Part shown: positions 12,496 to 23,669 of the stretch, piece after piece | How positions within the stretch are numbered: position 1 is the first letter of the stretch | Layout: each line of letters begins with the position of its first letter | Source: Octopus sinensis | Lineage: Eukaryota | DNA length: 64,000 nucleotides | Assembly (NCBI RefSeq): GCF_006345805.1 | Contig: NC_043000.1 | Coordinates: 66,836,001 to 66,900,000, forward strand | Reading direction: 5' to 3' | The notes under the pieces: generated by a model | Told to the model about the DNA's origin: nothing | Seen by the model: only the letters and a program-made list of their open reading frames with translations | The model's database searches: none | Translations under genes and position numbers: made by a program

Positions 12496-13899
12496 TATAT
12501 TTCATAATGTAAGTAATGAGTAGATTTCAGGTGAGAAAAAAACTTTTCAGATGCAACTTTTATGTGCAAAAAGTAGTCATTTTAGGTGCAAGTTTAGATC
12601 CAAATGTTATATCATCATTCCTCATTCAAATTTAATTAAAATGCCAAGATTCTTTTAGAATAAAAATATTCTTGGATTTAAAGTATTAATATGCAATTTT
12701 AAGCTCATTGTACATTACATCTGCTGTTTTGAAAATAAGATAAAAAGTTTTTAATTGTAGGGCAAGAATTGTTTTCTATGCTTATTTTCATACTAAAAAA
12801 AAAAACAATACAAACATTATCCAGTTGTTCCTTATCCATTCCATTTCAGCTCATGTGTTTTGTGTTTTGCGTAGCACTTATCACTTCTTCCATTTTCAGG
12901 CTGGTCTCTTCAATATCTTTTTTCATGCTTCATTTCCTTCCTGTCAACATTACTGACAGGGCTTCATGAATAATAGTGATCACAGACTCTTGTAGCATCA
13001 TGATGCAATTGAATAAATTATTGATACATTAACCTTCAACATTTAAACAAGTTATAGCCTGATCAAATATTCTACCTGTTCTATGTAAAATTGGCCAGAT
13101 CTGGCCACTCACATTTACCCAGCAATGTCATTCTAAAAATAAACAATCACATTGTCACTATCTCAAAGCTACAAGATAATGTATGATTAATGCAATATAA
13201 TGTGAATAAGCATTACATTTGACAGAGTAAGGAGAAGGCTACAGCGTTAAGCTGGAGTTTTGAAGTTACACTATACAGACTGTTTCCTGTAAAGCCTCAT
13301 AGAACACCAAGCCTTTCATGTAGAAAGGTATATCCTTATCATCATTTAATGTCTGTCTTCCATGCTGGATGCTCCTTCTTATTGCTGACCACTTTACAGA
13401 GTGTACTGAGTGCTTTTTTATGTAGTAATGACACAAGTAAGGTCATCAATCAACTTGCAAGACCAAAAAAAAAAAAGCCTCCAAAAATTGTAAGGGTGGC
13501 TACAATCAGCAGGAGAAAAATGTGGGGGAGTGGGGGTGGCAATAGCTGATATGAGAGATTGTTGAGAGTGAGAGCAAATATGAAAGGGTGTTAAAGATGA
13601 GGTATGGCAGTCCTAAGATGTAGCACAGAAGAGAGGGAGAGATGATTGCAGGCACACAAAGGAAGGAGCAATGGAAAATGAAGTGGGAAGGAATGATATT
13701 GAGAATGATAGGTGAATGTTAACAGGAAGTGGTTCCAAGGAGAGGGGTAACTGGTAGTGGAAAAAGGGATGAAATATCTGCAGTTCTATTCTCATACAAT
13801 TACAGTAGCTGAATAGTGCCATAGTTTGAAGAATGACAGAGAGATGCATGTTGGGAAGATGAGAGGTGGGAGAGGCTTGAATGGGAGGGTATACAAATA

Positions 13900-14330
13900 A
13901 ACGGTCTCAGTTTCAATGCAACTTCTCAGACACAGCAAATCATCAATTATCTTGATCCTTTATCATCTCTGTGAGGCTCAACGTTTTGAGATCAACCTTC
14001 TCTACTTCAATCCATATCTTCCTGCATATCCCTTTTCCACAAATTACATCCACACTTCTTTACGCAGCTTTCCTCACCCATACACATCACATGACCATAT
14101 TAGTGCAGTCTTTTCTCCTCAATGCATTTGCACTTTGTTGTATAAATTGCACACTGGCATTGCACATCTAGCAGAGCTTGTCGGCTTCATTCCTTTCATT
14201 CTTTGCATGTCCCCTGCCTCAATGGCACTCCATTCTGTTCTTATTCTAGCAACTATACTTTCAGAATGTCCTCCTCTGAAGTACCCCCGGGGAACTTAAG
14301 CATTCAAAAAAAATCTATCTCCTGCGTGCT
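13900..14330 (+). mobile_element. Very decayed LINE (CR1/Jockey-group) ORF2 C-terminal remnant
   Basis: ILILYHLCEAQ.. and CTLLYKLHTGIAHLAELVGFIP resemble post-RT LINE motifs. Confidence 0.4.
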
Positions 14331-15598
14331 CTTCATTATTATATTGCTCCTGCACATCTACCCCAAGAAAATGTACTTTTTTTTGTTAACATTCCTGTGA
14401 TCCCACTGCTCCTTGTATGTTCATAGCTTGCACTGGGCACACTGCATATACTTTCAACATACACCTTTCCTACTTACCAAGTAGGGCCATTTTTCTGAAG
14501 GAAGCAATTCCTGCTTGCTTTTCCAACTAACTGGAACTTGGGTCCTTTGCTAAGTTAACTTTGATTCCAGGCTTTGCTTCAAGCATGATAGAACTTGTAG
14601 CAGAGGAAAATCAAGGAAAAGATGGGACTGAAAGGTGAAAACTGAGCTAATCTCAAAAGGCTGAAACTCATGAAGGAGATGACAAAAGGCAACAGCAAAT
14701 GAAATACTGTGCTGGGGAAGACCCATGCCAGACCATGGAAACATGGAAAAGTGAACAAAAACAATGGTGATAATGGAGGTTGCCTCTCTATACCTACAAT
14801 TGGTTCTCTCCACTATTATGTTTCCATTTACCACTCTCCCTCTCTTCATCAGTCTCTCATCTATCACTTACACTCTCTACTATCACACTATTACTTTCTC
14901 TCTTTTACAATATTTGCTCTCCTAACATTCATCATCGTCATTCCTCAATATCTCCCTTACCATCATCTATTATGATTGCTATCCATTGCTCACTCATATA
15001 ACTCCTGTATATTCTGTCTATGATAGAGGATAAAGTATTGGACACCACTGTTGAAACCCAGAACTATCATCGCTTTCTCATTTCCATTACTCTTTCACCC
15101 CACCTTCATCCATTGTTCATACTATTTTCTATTTACTCTCCTAACCAACAACCAGTATGAAGCTGTTGATCACTTTCACACTTCCATTACTCTCTTTTTA
15201 ACACCCTCTTACTCTTATCACCTTGGTTCTCTTCTCTTTCTCTTCTTTTACCCACTCAATAAAATAACAAGCAGATAAAAACATTTAGTCTGGAATTCTA
15301 GTATTTCTACCACTCCAATATGAAAGATAATATTAAGAAAGAAAATAATAACAATACCAGAAACAGTGATAGATACTATATTACAGAAATAGTAAGAATT
15401 ATTTTTACCCTGTGTGTGTGTAAGTGAAAGCAGGGTATTGTAATCACTCATCTTTGTCTGTTTGTGTGTTTGCAAAATTACTGGAAAACGGTTGAATGGA
15501 CTTTCACCAAATTTGGCAGAAATACTCATTGGGTGAGTGACTCAAAATGATGAACATTTGGTTTGATTATCTTTATGAAAAAAAAAAAATTAAATCTA

Positions 15599-16091
15599 AC
15601 TTACAAATTTCCTGATAAGCAAGTGGTCATATTATTTTGTTCACTTTCTTTTTCATATGAATCATCCCTCATTTGCATGTGTGTATAAATCATAGTGTGC
15701 CTATGAGCATAGACATGTATGTGTACATACATAGATATATAACTGTGTGTGTGTGTGTGTGTATATATATACAGTGATGGATTCAAGGGTTTCATTTATT
15801 TACAACTTGATTTCTTAATTTCACCGGAGCATAAATATCTATAATGGTGATACTAAAAACAGAAAAAATTTTTTAAATTGAACTTACAAATTTCTTGATA
15901 AGCAAGTGGTCATATTATTTTATTCACTTTTTTTTTCATATGAATCAACCCTCATCTGCATGTGTATAGATTATGGTGTACCTATGCGCATAGACACATG
16001 TGTGTACATACATACATAGATATGCAACTGTATGTGTGTATACTGATGGATTCGAGGGTTTTGTTTATTTACAAGTTGACTTCTTAATTTC
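15599..16091. repeat. Tandem duplication (~225-bp homologous units, period ~270-283 bp) of the MSS4-like gene 3' end
   Basis: 15599-15822 and 15882-16091 align (ACTTACAAATTTC.TGATAAGCAAGTGGTCATATTATTTT ... TTATTTACAA.TTGA.TTCTTAATTTCA). Confidence 0.9.
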
Positions 16092-16514
16092 AGATACTTT
16101 ATCACGCATAATATATACTGGTTTCAAAGTGGCTGAGTCATTTGTCCAGCCAATAATTTCAACAGGATCTGTCTTTTCTTCCTTGCTATAGCAATTTCCA
16201 CAGAATACTGGGCCTCTTCCTGATTTCCCTTTATCTAATTTTTCAACAGCGGCATTTTCTAAGTCAAACATATTCTTAGTCATCCAGCAATCTTTGACAC
16301 TCTTTATGAAATTTGTGTAGTTCTCAAGATCTTCAATAATGCAAGTTTCTAAATCAAAGTTATCTTCTTTTGGCTTCCAGTCCTCAAAATCTACAATAAG
16401 CTTCATATTTCGGAATTTAGTAATGTCTATTGGAGGATCAACCTGTTTTCTAAAGTCTGCTGAAGGTTTTGAACTTGATTTATCATGCGTTCCTCGTAAA
16501 GCTTCATCAGGAAA
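16065..16514 (-). CDS. RABIF: RABIF/MSS4-like Zn-binding Rab chaperone/GEF-like protein, coding exon 2 (149 aa + stop)
   Basis: Acceptor TTGTTTTATTTTACAG|TTTCCT (phase 0). CWMTKNMFDLENAAVEK, VFCGNC and IIGW...VYIMRDKVSE align with MSS4 HWLVEDMFIFENVGFTK, LVCADC and PIGW...FYVALERVSHE (human sequence recalled from memory). Confidence 0.85.
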   Translation of the reverse strand, partial: FPDEALRGTHDKSSSKPSADFRKQVDPPIDITKFRNMKLIVDFEDWKPKEDNFDLETCIIEDLENYTNFIKSVKDCWMTKNMFDLENAAVEKLDKGKSGRGPVFCGNCYSKEEKTDPVEIIGWTNDSATLKPVYIMRDKVSEIKKSTCK

Positions 16515-16984
16515 CTGTAAAATAAAACAAACAAAAGAGAAAAAAGCTTTTATTATTAAAATAATTGTAAAGGAAAATTCATTCCAAAATTTCTTTAAAA
16601 TTATATTTTGTAACATCATTAGATAATTTATGCCTAATACTGAATAGTGGTTGATCCATGAAAAAATTTGAAGAACTGTGTGTACAATATTGGTGGAAAA
16701 TGAGGCAACAATAGTAACCTACATCTATCATATTCAGTTATTGGAACAATCAGTGGGCCTGAAACCTGAACCTTGTGGTTGAGAAGTAAGCTTCTTACCA
16801 CACAGCCACGCCTATTTACTGCTGTTATGATATCTAGGGTGACAAAAGTTAGGTTATGGAGAATATGATGAGCATTTATTTCATTAAAGTTGTCTGCATC
16901 GACAAACTTAGAGTCATTGAAAACAGAGCATAGTGGTAAGGAAAGTTGTTTTCTTCAATCAGCCCTATGCTTTTTTGGCAAATG

Positions 16985-17290
16985 AGTATGAAGTGGTGAG
17001 AAAGAATCTTCAGATGTTTGGCCTCACTGAGGAAATGACAAAGGACTGGGAGTTGTGGCACTTTGCTGTACTTGAGAAAATGCATCAAGCTAAGTAAAAT
17101 TGTGGTCATCAATACATACAAGAATGACCTTTACAGGTGCAAGTGGCACATAAAAATACCCAGCACACTCTGTAAGGAGTAGCATCAAGCCATAGAAACC
17201 ATGTCACAAGAAACAACTGGAATCTGACCAGCTCCTATCAAACTGTCCAACCCATGCCAGCATGGAAAACAGCTGTTAAACAATGATGCT
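16985..17290 (+). mobile_element. RTE LINE 3' end (ORF2 tail plus 3' UTR), intronic
   Basis: EVVRKNLQMFGLTEEMTKDWELWHFAVLEK..QAK*, followed by the CATGCCAGCATGGAAAA family terminus. Confidence 0.7.
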
Positions 17291-17429
17291 GATAGTTCCT
17301 CAGTGGCCATATTATTATTAATGATAGTCCTCATGGTATTTTAGAGATGACATTTAAAAAAAAATTCACATGTTGTTATTGCTGATGAATGAGGTGTAGC
17401 AGTTAGCAGCCATGCTTGTATCTATATAT

Positions 17430-17650
17430 AAAAGGCATCTGTGCCAGTAACAAATTAAAGGCACCCATGCCAGTGATGCATAAAAGGCACCTGGTGCACT
17501 CTGTGGAGTGGCTGGCATTAGGAAGGGTATCTAGTCATAAAAACCAGAGCCAAAATAAACTGGAGCCTGGTGCAGCTCACCAGTTCCAGTCAAATGGTTT
17601 AACCCATGCCAGCATGGAAAACGGATAGTAAATGATGCTGATGATGATGT
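17430..17650 (+). mobile_element. RTE-tail-related repeat copy, intronic
   Basis: Ends CCCATGCCAGCATGGAAAACGGATAGTAAATGATGCTGATGATGAT. Confidence 0.75.
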
Positions 17651-18939
17651 ATAATGTACTATTCCATAATATCTCAAGACATTGAGTTAATGACTTTGGG
17701 TGGGATAAAATAAGATGCTTTGACACTGGTAGCATTATTTAGAATATTGGCAGAGGGAAGCAATACAGCTGCAACAAAAAAAAAATCAAATTACAGGGAT
17801 AATTCAACTAGAAGAAGCCTAACTTCTGAAATACTGTACTGACCGAGTATTTCTAGTTTAATATGTGTGTGTGTGCACGTGTGCATGCACATGTGTCACA
17901 GGAGAGGTTATGTTGTCCATTCCAAATTGGTGGGGTCAATGTGAGTGATATTCTAATATTCAGCTTTAGTTGGTGTAAGTTGATTGATGCCAGAAGTAAA
18001 AACGTGGATGCACAGAATTCCAGGAGGTGGCAGTTCTAAGGAAGAAGAGGCTGAGTAAATTTCTGTAACAGGAAGTTGTTACTTCACTCTTATTGGATAA
18101 ACTTATGAACAAAAGCATTTTATCCATGATCATCTCCTTTTTATTCCAGGTAGTACATCTAGAACAATGTTATCCAATGTGTCCTGTTTTTAAAATGAGA
18201 TGGTGTCCTTTGAAAGAGATGTGCCTGCTATTACTATATCTAGTGATTATGTTAAAGGCTTCCTTGGAGACAAGTACATTACGAAAGCTTAATTGAACAA
18301 CACCTGCGTGTCATTATTATATAAAATCTGATTCTGAGCACAAAGGTAAATATTGATAATACCTGGTCACTTTGTCCAAACTAGATTTGTTCTTCTGGCT
18401 TCCTGGTAAGTGTACCAATATAGTTCAGTTAGCTCAAAGCTAATCATGTGGTTTTAACTTGGTAGGAACCAATGATTACAACAGCAACAGGTATGGTAAC
18501 AACACCAGCACAATAATAATAATGGAGGGGAATGAAAGGCAAAGTTGATTGATGGAAATACTGCAAAGCATTTTATTAATCCACTATTATTACGACAATA
18601 ATAATATTAGGGATAATTACATAAATTTAGATTATAACTATCCCAATATTTAACAGGTACCTCTTTTTGACCCTGAAATATCGGAAAGTAAATTTGACTT
18701 CAACTGGATTTGAAATTAAAAAAACAACAATATTCCTCATTTTAAATAATCTTTCATATTTTTCACATCCATATATATTGTTGTATAATCATAATCTACA
18801 CCATTCCAAAACTATTTATAGAAAATTTCATTGAAGAATGTCCATTTTTTCCCTGAAAGTTATGAGGAAACATAGTTGGTGAGGGGAAGTGATATTTATG
18901 TTTCTATCCATCCATTTTCTCAGCCTACAGGAAGGGTTG

Positions 18940-19340
18940 TGGGGTTAGATCCTTAGGCCCCTTCATGGAGTCCTATCAGAAGCAACTGTCATTAGACTTT
19001 CTGGCTTGATTTTCAAGCCTGACCAACAGAGACTATGGATATTATCCAGCCAGCTTGTCCTTGGTCTACCCCTACATCGCTGCTGGTTGGCTCAGCTTGA
19101 AGATTCTGGCTTGCAATTCTTTCCTGCAACATTCTAATCACTTGTCTGTAGTATTAGGGCTGTAACCTCTCAATGTGAAGACGTAGTGGCTTAACCTGGA
19201 GAGATCCTGATCTCCAAGCCACATACTCTGTTGAGTAATGTTACTCCAGAGACCTTTTGGAGGAACCCCATCTCAGTCGCTTGTATTCATGATCGTACTC
19301 ATTCAACCATTACCCAACATTCATGACCACATATTAAACA
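18940..19340 (-). mobile_element. Decayed RTE (Rex3/Expander-like) LINE fragment
   Basis: YGHECWVM..VRS.IQATEMGFLQKVSGVTLLNRV...EIR...PL.L.IER. Confidence 0.75.
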
Positions 19341-19371
19341 TACATATGAGAATATGTTTAATATTATAAAT

Positions 19372-19693
19372 CAGGGATTCTCAACCATTTTTTATCTATG
19401 GACCCCTCTGGAAAACTAGTTTATTCTGGTTGACCCCCATAGCCATTCAATGTTTAAAAACTAGTTTCATAGAAACTTCATTCAAAATTCCCATTTTGTT
19501 TTCTCACATTAACTATATAAAATGTTAGATAAAGAAACCTAGCTGTTCTTGCCATACATACCAATACATACATCTAAAGCAAAATTTTTTCAGGGACCCT
19601 TAAAATACTTTTGTGGGTTCCCAATTTACCATTTTGTTGTGTGGATCCCCCAAAATCTTATATGGACACTTCAGCCCTGGTTGAGAACCACTG
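19372..19693. mobile_element. hAT-like MITE
   Basis: TIRs CAGGGATTCTCAACC / GGTTGAGAACCACTG. Flanks TTATAAAT and GTATAAAC match at 6 of 8 positions (8-bp TSD). A related fragment lies at ~31345-31510. Confidence 0.8.
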
Positions 19694-19862
19694 GTATAAA
19701 CGAATGAAATTAACCAATTCCATTCACATCAAGGATACATCATAGGAAGACGAGACGAGTATGTTCCCTACTCCTTATTTTTTTTCTTTTGCTTCCCCCT
19801 CCCCACTTCAGATACCAACGTTTTCAACTACGGAATTCCGATTTTGCCAAAACGAAAAAACG

Positions 19863-20464
19863 GTACTACTTAAGAAGAGTGGTCCCGGTACGCGCACTCG
19901 CGCTAGCTAGTCGTGACTAGTTGATCCTTACTTTGTGTTTTATTTACTTTGTTTTAAAAAAAAATATTTACTTTACTCTTTTACTTGTTTCAGTCAGTTG
20001 ACTGCGGCCATGCTGGAGCACCGCCTTTAGTCGAGCAACTCGACCCCGGGAATTATTCTTTGTAAGCCCAGTACTTATTCTATCGGTCTCTTTTTGCCGA
20101 ACCGCTAAGTGACGGGGACATAAACACACCAGCATCGATTGTCAAGCAATGCTAGGGGACAAACACAGACACACAAACATACACGCACATATATATATAC
20201 GACGGGCTTCTTTCAGTTTCCGTCTACCAAATCCACTCACAAGGCTTTGGTCGGCCCGAGGCTATAGTAGAAGACACTTGCCCAAAGTGCCACGCAGTGG
20301 GACTGAACCCGGAACCATGAGGTTGGTAGGCAAGCCACTAAAAAAATTTATTTATTTTGTGCTTTATTTACTTTACTAGGTAGTCGTTGTAGAATCGACT
20401 AATCACGACTATCTAGCGCGGATGCGCGGGTACGCGCACCGGGACCACTCTTCTTAAGTAGTAC
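19863..20464. mobile_element. MITE with ~60-bp TIRs containing a SINE
   Basis: GTACTACTTAAGAAGAGTGGTCCCGGT.CGCG.. at left, with its reverse complement at ~20400-20464. Confidence 0.85.
19968..20338 (-). mobile_element. tRNA-derived SINE nested in the MITE
   Basis: Minus-strand head GTGGCTTGCCTACCAACC..GGTTCCGGGTTCAGTCCCACTGCG and tail (AGTAA)n. Same family as 31835-32180. Confidence 0.9.
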
Positions 20465-20536
20465 TTGAAAAAGCAAATTTCAAAATTTCAGGCATCTTTC
20501 GTTTGTAACAAACGAAAGATCGCCATTTCAATTTTG

Positions 20537-20860
20537 GCGGCGAGCTGTCAGAATCGTTATCACGCTGGGCGTAATACTTAGCGGTATTTCGTGTCTTTAC
20601 GTTCTGAGTTCAAATTCCGTTGAAGTCGACGTTGCCTTTCATCCTTTTGGGGTCAATAAATAAAGAACCAGTTGCCTACTGAGTTCGACTAATCGACTAC
20701 CCCACCTCCCCAATTTCTGGCCTTGTGCCTAGAATAGAAAAGAATATTCCGGATATTTTTTAACTTGTCCGCTGATTTGCGCATGCGTAAATGATTTTCT
20801 AACTAGCGCATGAAATGAGCTTAGATGTGGTCTCTCCACTTGCTAGAAATAACAGTCAAA
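20537..20860 (+). mobile_element. tRNA-derived SINE (second family)
   Basis: GGCGGCGAGCTG.CAGAATCGTTA...GAGTTCAAATTCCG..GA.GTCGAC. Homologs at 55106-55300 and 62400-62730. Confidence 0.85.
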
Positions 20861-21480
20861 TTGCTGACGTGTTGAAAAGGCAACACACCCTTTTTGATTT
20901 ACTTTTATTCTTTTTCTGATTCCAATGTTTCCGACAACGGAGATTCTGATTTTGCCATAGAAAAAGAAAAAACTTAAAAAAATGTCCGCCTTACAGAAAT
21001 ATGAATTAATCCCAGTACTTGACTCATAGTTTGTCAACTACGAAAAGAGGAAAGGCGAAATTAACCTCGATAGGATGAAAAGACCCCTAACTATATACCA
21101 CGAGACAGTTCAACTATCACTTTACCAATTCTACTAATATTACACCAACAGGAACCAGTAATGTCTATCCATTCGCAACAACATTTTCTGTCTAACGCGG
21201 AAGTAAAATAATTCACTGAATACTATGTATAAAAAGCTCACCAACTTTTTATCCCATTAAATTTCAATATAATCGTAATCTACACCATCTGAAAATCTTT
21301 ATAGGAGATTTTATTGGAAAATGCCAATTTTTTCTGAAAATTATGAGGAAACAAAGTCCCCCCTGGTGAATTATCTGAAACTCCACTCTCTCACCTCAGC
21401 AAAACTTTCTTCACAACAAATACAGATATAATCGGGAATCGGGATCTACACCATCTGAAAGGCAACTGCAGTCAATGCAA

Positions 21481-21549
<69 letters not shown>

Positions 21550-21550
21550 A
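21481..21550. repeat. (TA)n microsatellite near the 5' end of the MSS4-like intron
   Basis: Directly visible. Confidence 0.95.
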
Positions 21551-21643
21551 AGTTTAGAGAAAAAGAATAGGTATAATGTAATTTATGAAAAAAAAATTGT
21601 AAAAGTAACCAACGAATGTATATTAGGAGAAAGTCCAACTTAC

Positions 21644-21748
21644 CTTAAATTTACGAAAGACTGACAAGCCCTTTTTAATGATTATCGACTTACAAGTTTT
21701 GCAGTGTAGATCAAATTCGTTCTTCAGCTCGGTCTCAGGTCTCGTCAT
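21644..21748 (-). CDS. RABIF: RABIF/MSS4-like protein, coding exon 1 (MTRPETELKNEFDLHCKTCKSIIIKKGLSVFRKFK)
   Basis: ATG in AAAATGA context, 105-nt open frame, donor AAG|GTAAGT (phase 0, matching exon 2). LHCKTCKSIII..G..VF aligns with MSS4 VLCQRCGSRVL..G..LF and supplies the first CxxC. Confidence 0.85.
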
Positions 21749-21759
21749 TTTCACTTAGA

Positions 21760-22035
21760 TGTTTACTGCACTGCTCTTCTAAGAACAGTGTCGGCTTCTT
21801 GCTTCCGGATTCTGTCGAAGGTACGTTTGGTGTGGCGGACGGATTTCTCTTCTATTTTGTGTGATGCGGCCGTGTTTTGCTGACGGATTATTTTTTATGG
21901 TATTTTTTTCGTTTTGTTTTCTGCAAGTTATAGGAAGGGAAAATACAACACAGACATACACACATTCATATATTACATACTCGCGCGCGCACATAAAGAA
22001 GGGCGGAATTCTGGTTTAAGCACCCCATATAACTC
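21760..22035. promoter_or_regulatory. CpG-enriched promoter/5' UTR of the MSS4-like gene
   Basis: Local CpG enrichment, ETS-like CCGGAAG (minus strand, ~21803-21809), CGCGCGC tract (~21983) and GGGCGG box (~22000), directly upstream of the ATG. Confidence 0.6.
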
Positions 22036-22468
22036 GGTAAAATTACAGACTTAACACCCGCACGATTTTCACTAAGAAAAAAAAAACTCGGATTTTTTGA
22101 GTGGAATCAAGTACCCTGACCTCCTAATATGCTGTAAATCCCATATTTTGGTTCGGAATTGATCCGGAGGGGGGGACTCCTCGGAATTTTCACACACAAA
22201 AAAAACCAAGCCCCCCCCACCTTTCCAAACCCAGATATGGGATTTACAGCATATTACGAGGTCAGAGTACTTGATTCCACGCAAAAAATCAGAGTTCTTT
22301 TTTGTGTGAAAATTCCGGGGGGGGGGTACCCCCCTCCAGACCAATTCCGAACCAAAATATGGGATTTGCAGCATATTGGGAGGTCAGGGTACTTGATTCC
22401 ACGCAAAAGATCCGAGTTTTTTTTTTTTCTTAGTGAAAATCGTGCGGGTGTTAATCTGTAATTTTACC
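22036..22468. mobile_element. Merlin-like MITE with ~170-bp TIRs and perfect 8-bp TSD
   Basis: Termini GGTAAAATTACAGA / TCTGTAATTTTACC. TSD TATAACTC at 22028-22035 and 22469-22476. GG termini with an 8-bp TSD fit Merlin; the superfamily call is tentative. Confidence 0.85.
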
Positions 22469-22959
22469 TATAACTCCTTCTTTCATTTTTTTGAATTTTC
22501 GGTTATTTCTTGCAAATTTGTGTTCAACGCACGGGAATTCATACGATTATGAAAAAAATTTAGTATGTCATTTAAGGGTGATTTAGCACATCCTACGAGC
22601 ACCCGATACCGTCCTCGTTTCTTTTTTACTCTGACTTGCATTAATATTTTTCAGTATCTTTCTCCCCATAAACACATTTAATGGAATGATGATGCACCCA
22701 AGGGTGGTCCTATATAATAGAGTAGAAATTATCAAGTACGCCCAAAAACTAATTTTTTAAGATGTGTGTTTTGATCATCAAAGTAAGTTCTTAACATTTT
22801 TTCAGATTCGTGTTTTGAATACCTGAGGTTAATACCAGCTGAAATACGACATGTGATGAATGGCTACACTGGGCGCAAATTGTCCAGTTTCAGTGGGCTA
22901 CATGAATTCATGCTTGACTTCTTTGACAACCACTAGGGAGATAATGTCTCTGCCATAGA

Positions 22960-23660
22960 GTCGGAAGCAAACGAAGTGGAGGCAGTTAGCACCGTTCTAA
23001 AGGAATAGTCGTCTGTGAAGGGAACTACGATCAGCCCGGACAAATCAGCGGGCTTGCAACTAAATACCTAGAAAGGTAGGCTCGTGCTAGCGGAGAGCGT
23101 CATGGGATGCAAGACTTACGGACCGATTAAACACCTCGAGTCTGATTCGGTTCCAACTTTTATGGGGACCAGGACTGGGGTGACATAACGAACAGAGTAG
23201 ACAGTCTTACTCAGAAATGGGCCAAGAGGAAGCTGTCTTTGAGCGGTAGGACAGAGGTGAACGCCTGCATTACCCTAACTGTCGTACCATGCCCTATCTA
23301 CGGTCTGATCACATCGGACTACCTGCTCTTCAACTTCTTGTTATAGGGAAGGAACGCTTTCCACTGGTCAAGCGTGTCTAGTGCCAGGACTCTCTGAATT
23401 ATAAGTTAGGCATGCCTTGACTATTGATTCACAGAAAGGTACTGAGGTTGTGCCAACTGCGGAGACAGAGAGTAGATTTAGTCAACATTCATGCGGCAAG
23501 ATTTTCTGCGGCTTGTTTCCTTGATGGAGTCTGCAGTCCTGGATGCCTGGTACCTCAAACGTAATCAGGCTCTCACCGCGCTCTCCCAGTTGGACAATAG
23601 AATCGGTGGATGTTCCACTCTAACAATTTGGAGGGTTACTGTCGAGGAAGCATCTGGGGA
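22960..23660 (+). mobile_element. Decayed Tx1/L1-clade ORF2 fragment (end of RT and thumb)
   Basis: EVEAVSTVLKE....TISPDKSAGLQL, then GVWFG, KWA.RKLSL.GRTEV and LGMP-type motifs. Homologous to 27830-28350. Confidence 0.7.
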
Positions 23661-23669
23661 AACACTGAT

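Noticed and set aside
16339-16626. 95-aa plus-strand ORF overlapping MSS4-like exon 2
   Set aside because: It is an antisense shadow of the real exon with no recognisable motif.
21644-21748. Alternative reading of exon 1 as another CxxC protein (e.g. UBE3D-type)
   Set aside because: Exon 2 supplies the MSS4-ordered W..DMF..EN, CxxC and IGW motifs in matching phase.
22806-22936. Short protein-like frame (CFEYLRLIPAEIRHVMNGYTGRK...) after an acceptor
   Set aside because: Only ~43 codons, no recognised family and no compatible upstream coding exon. It may be a TE remnant.
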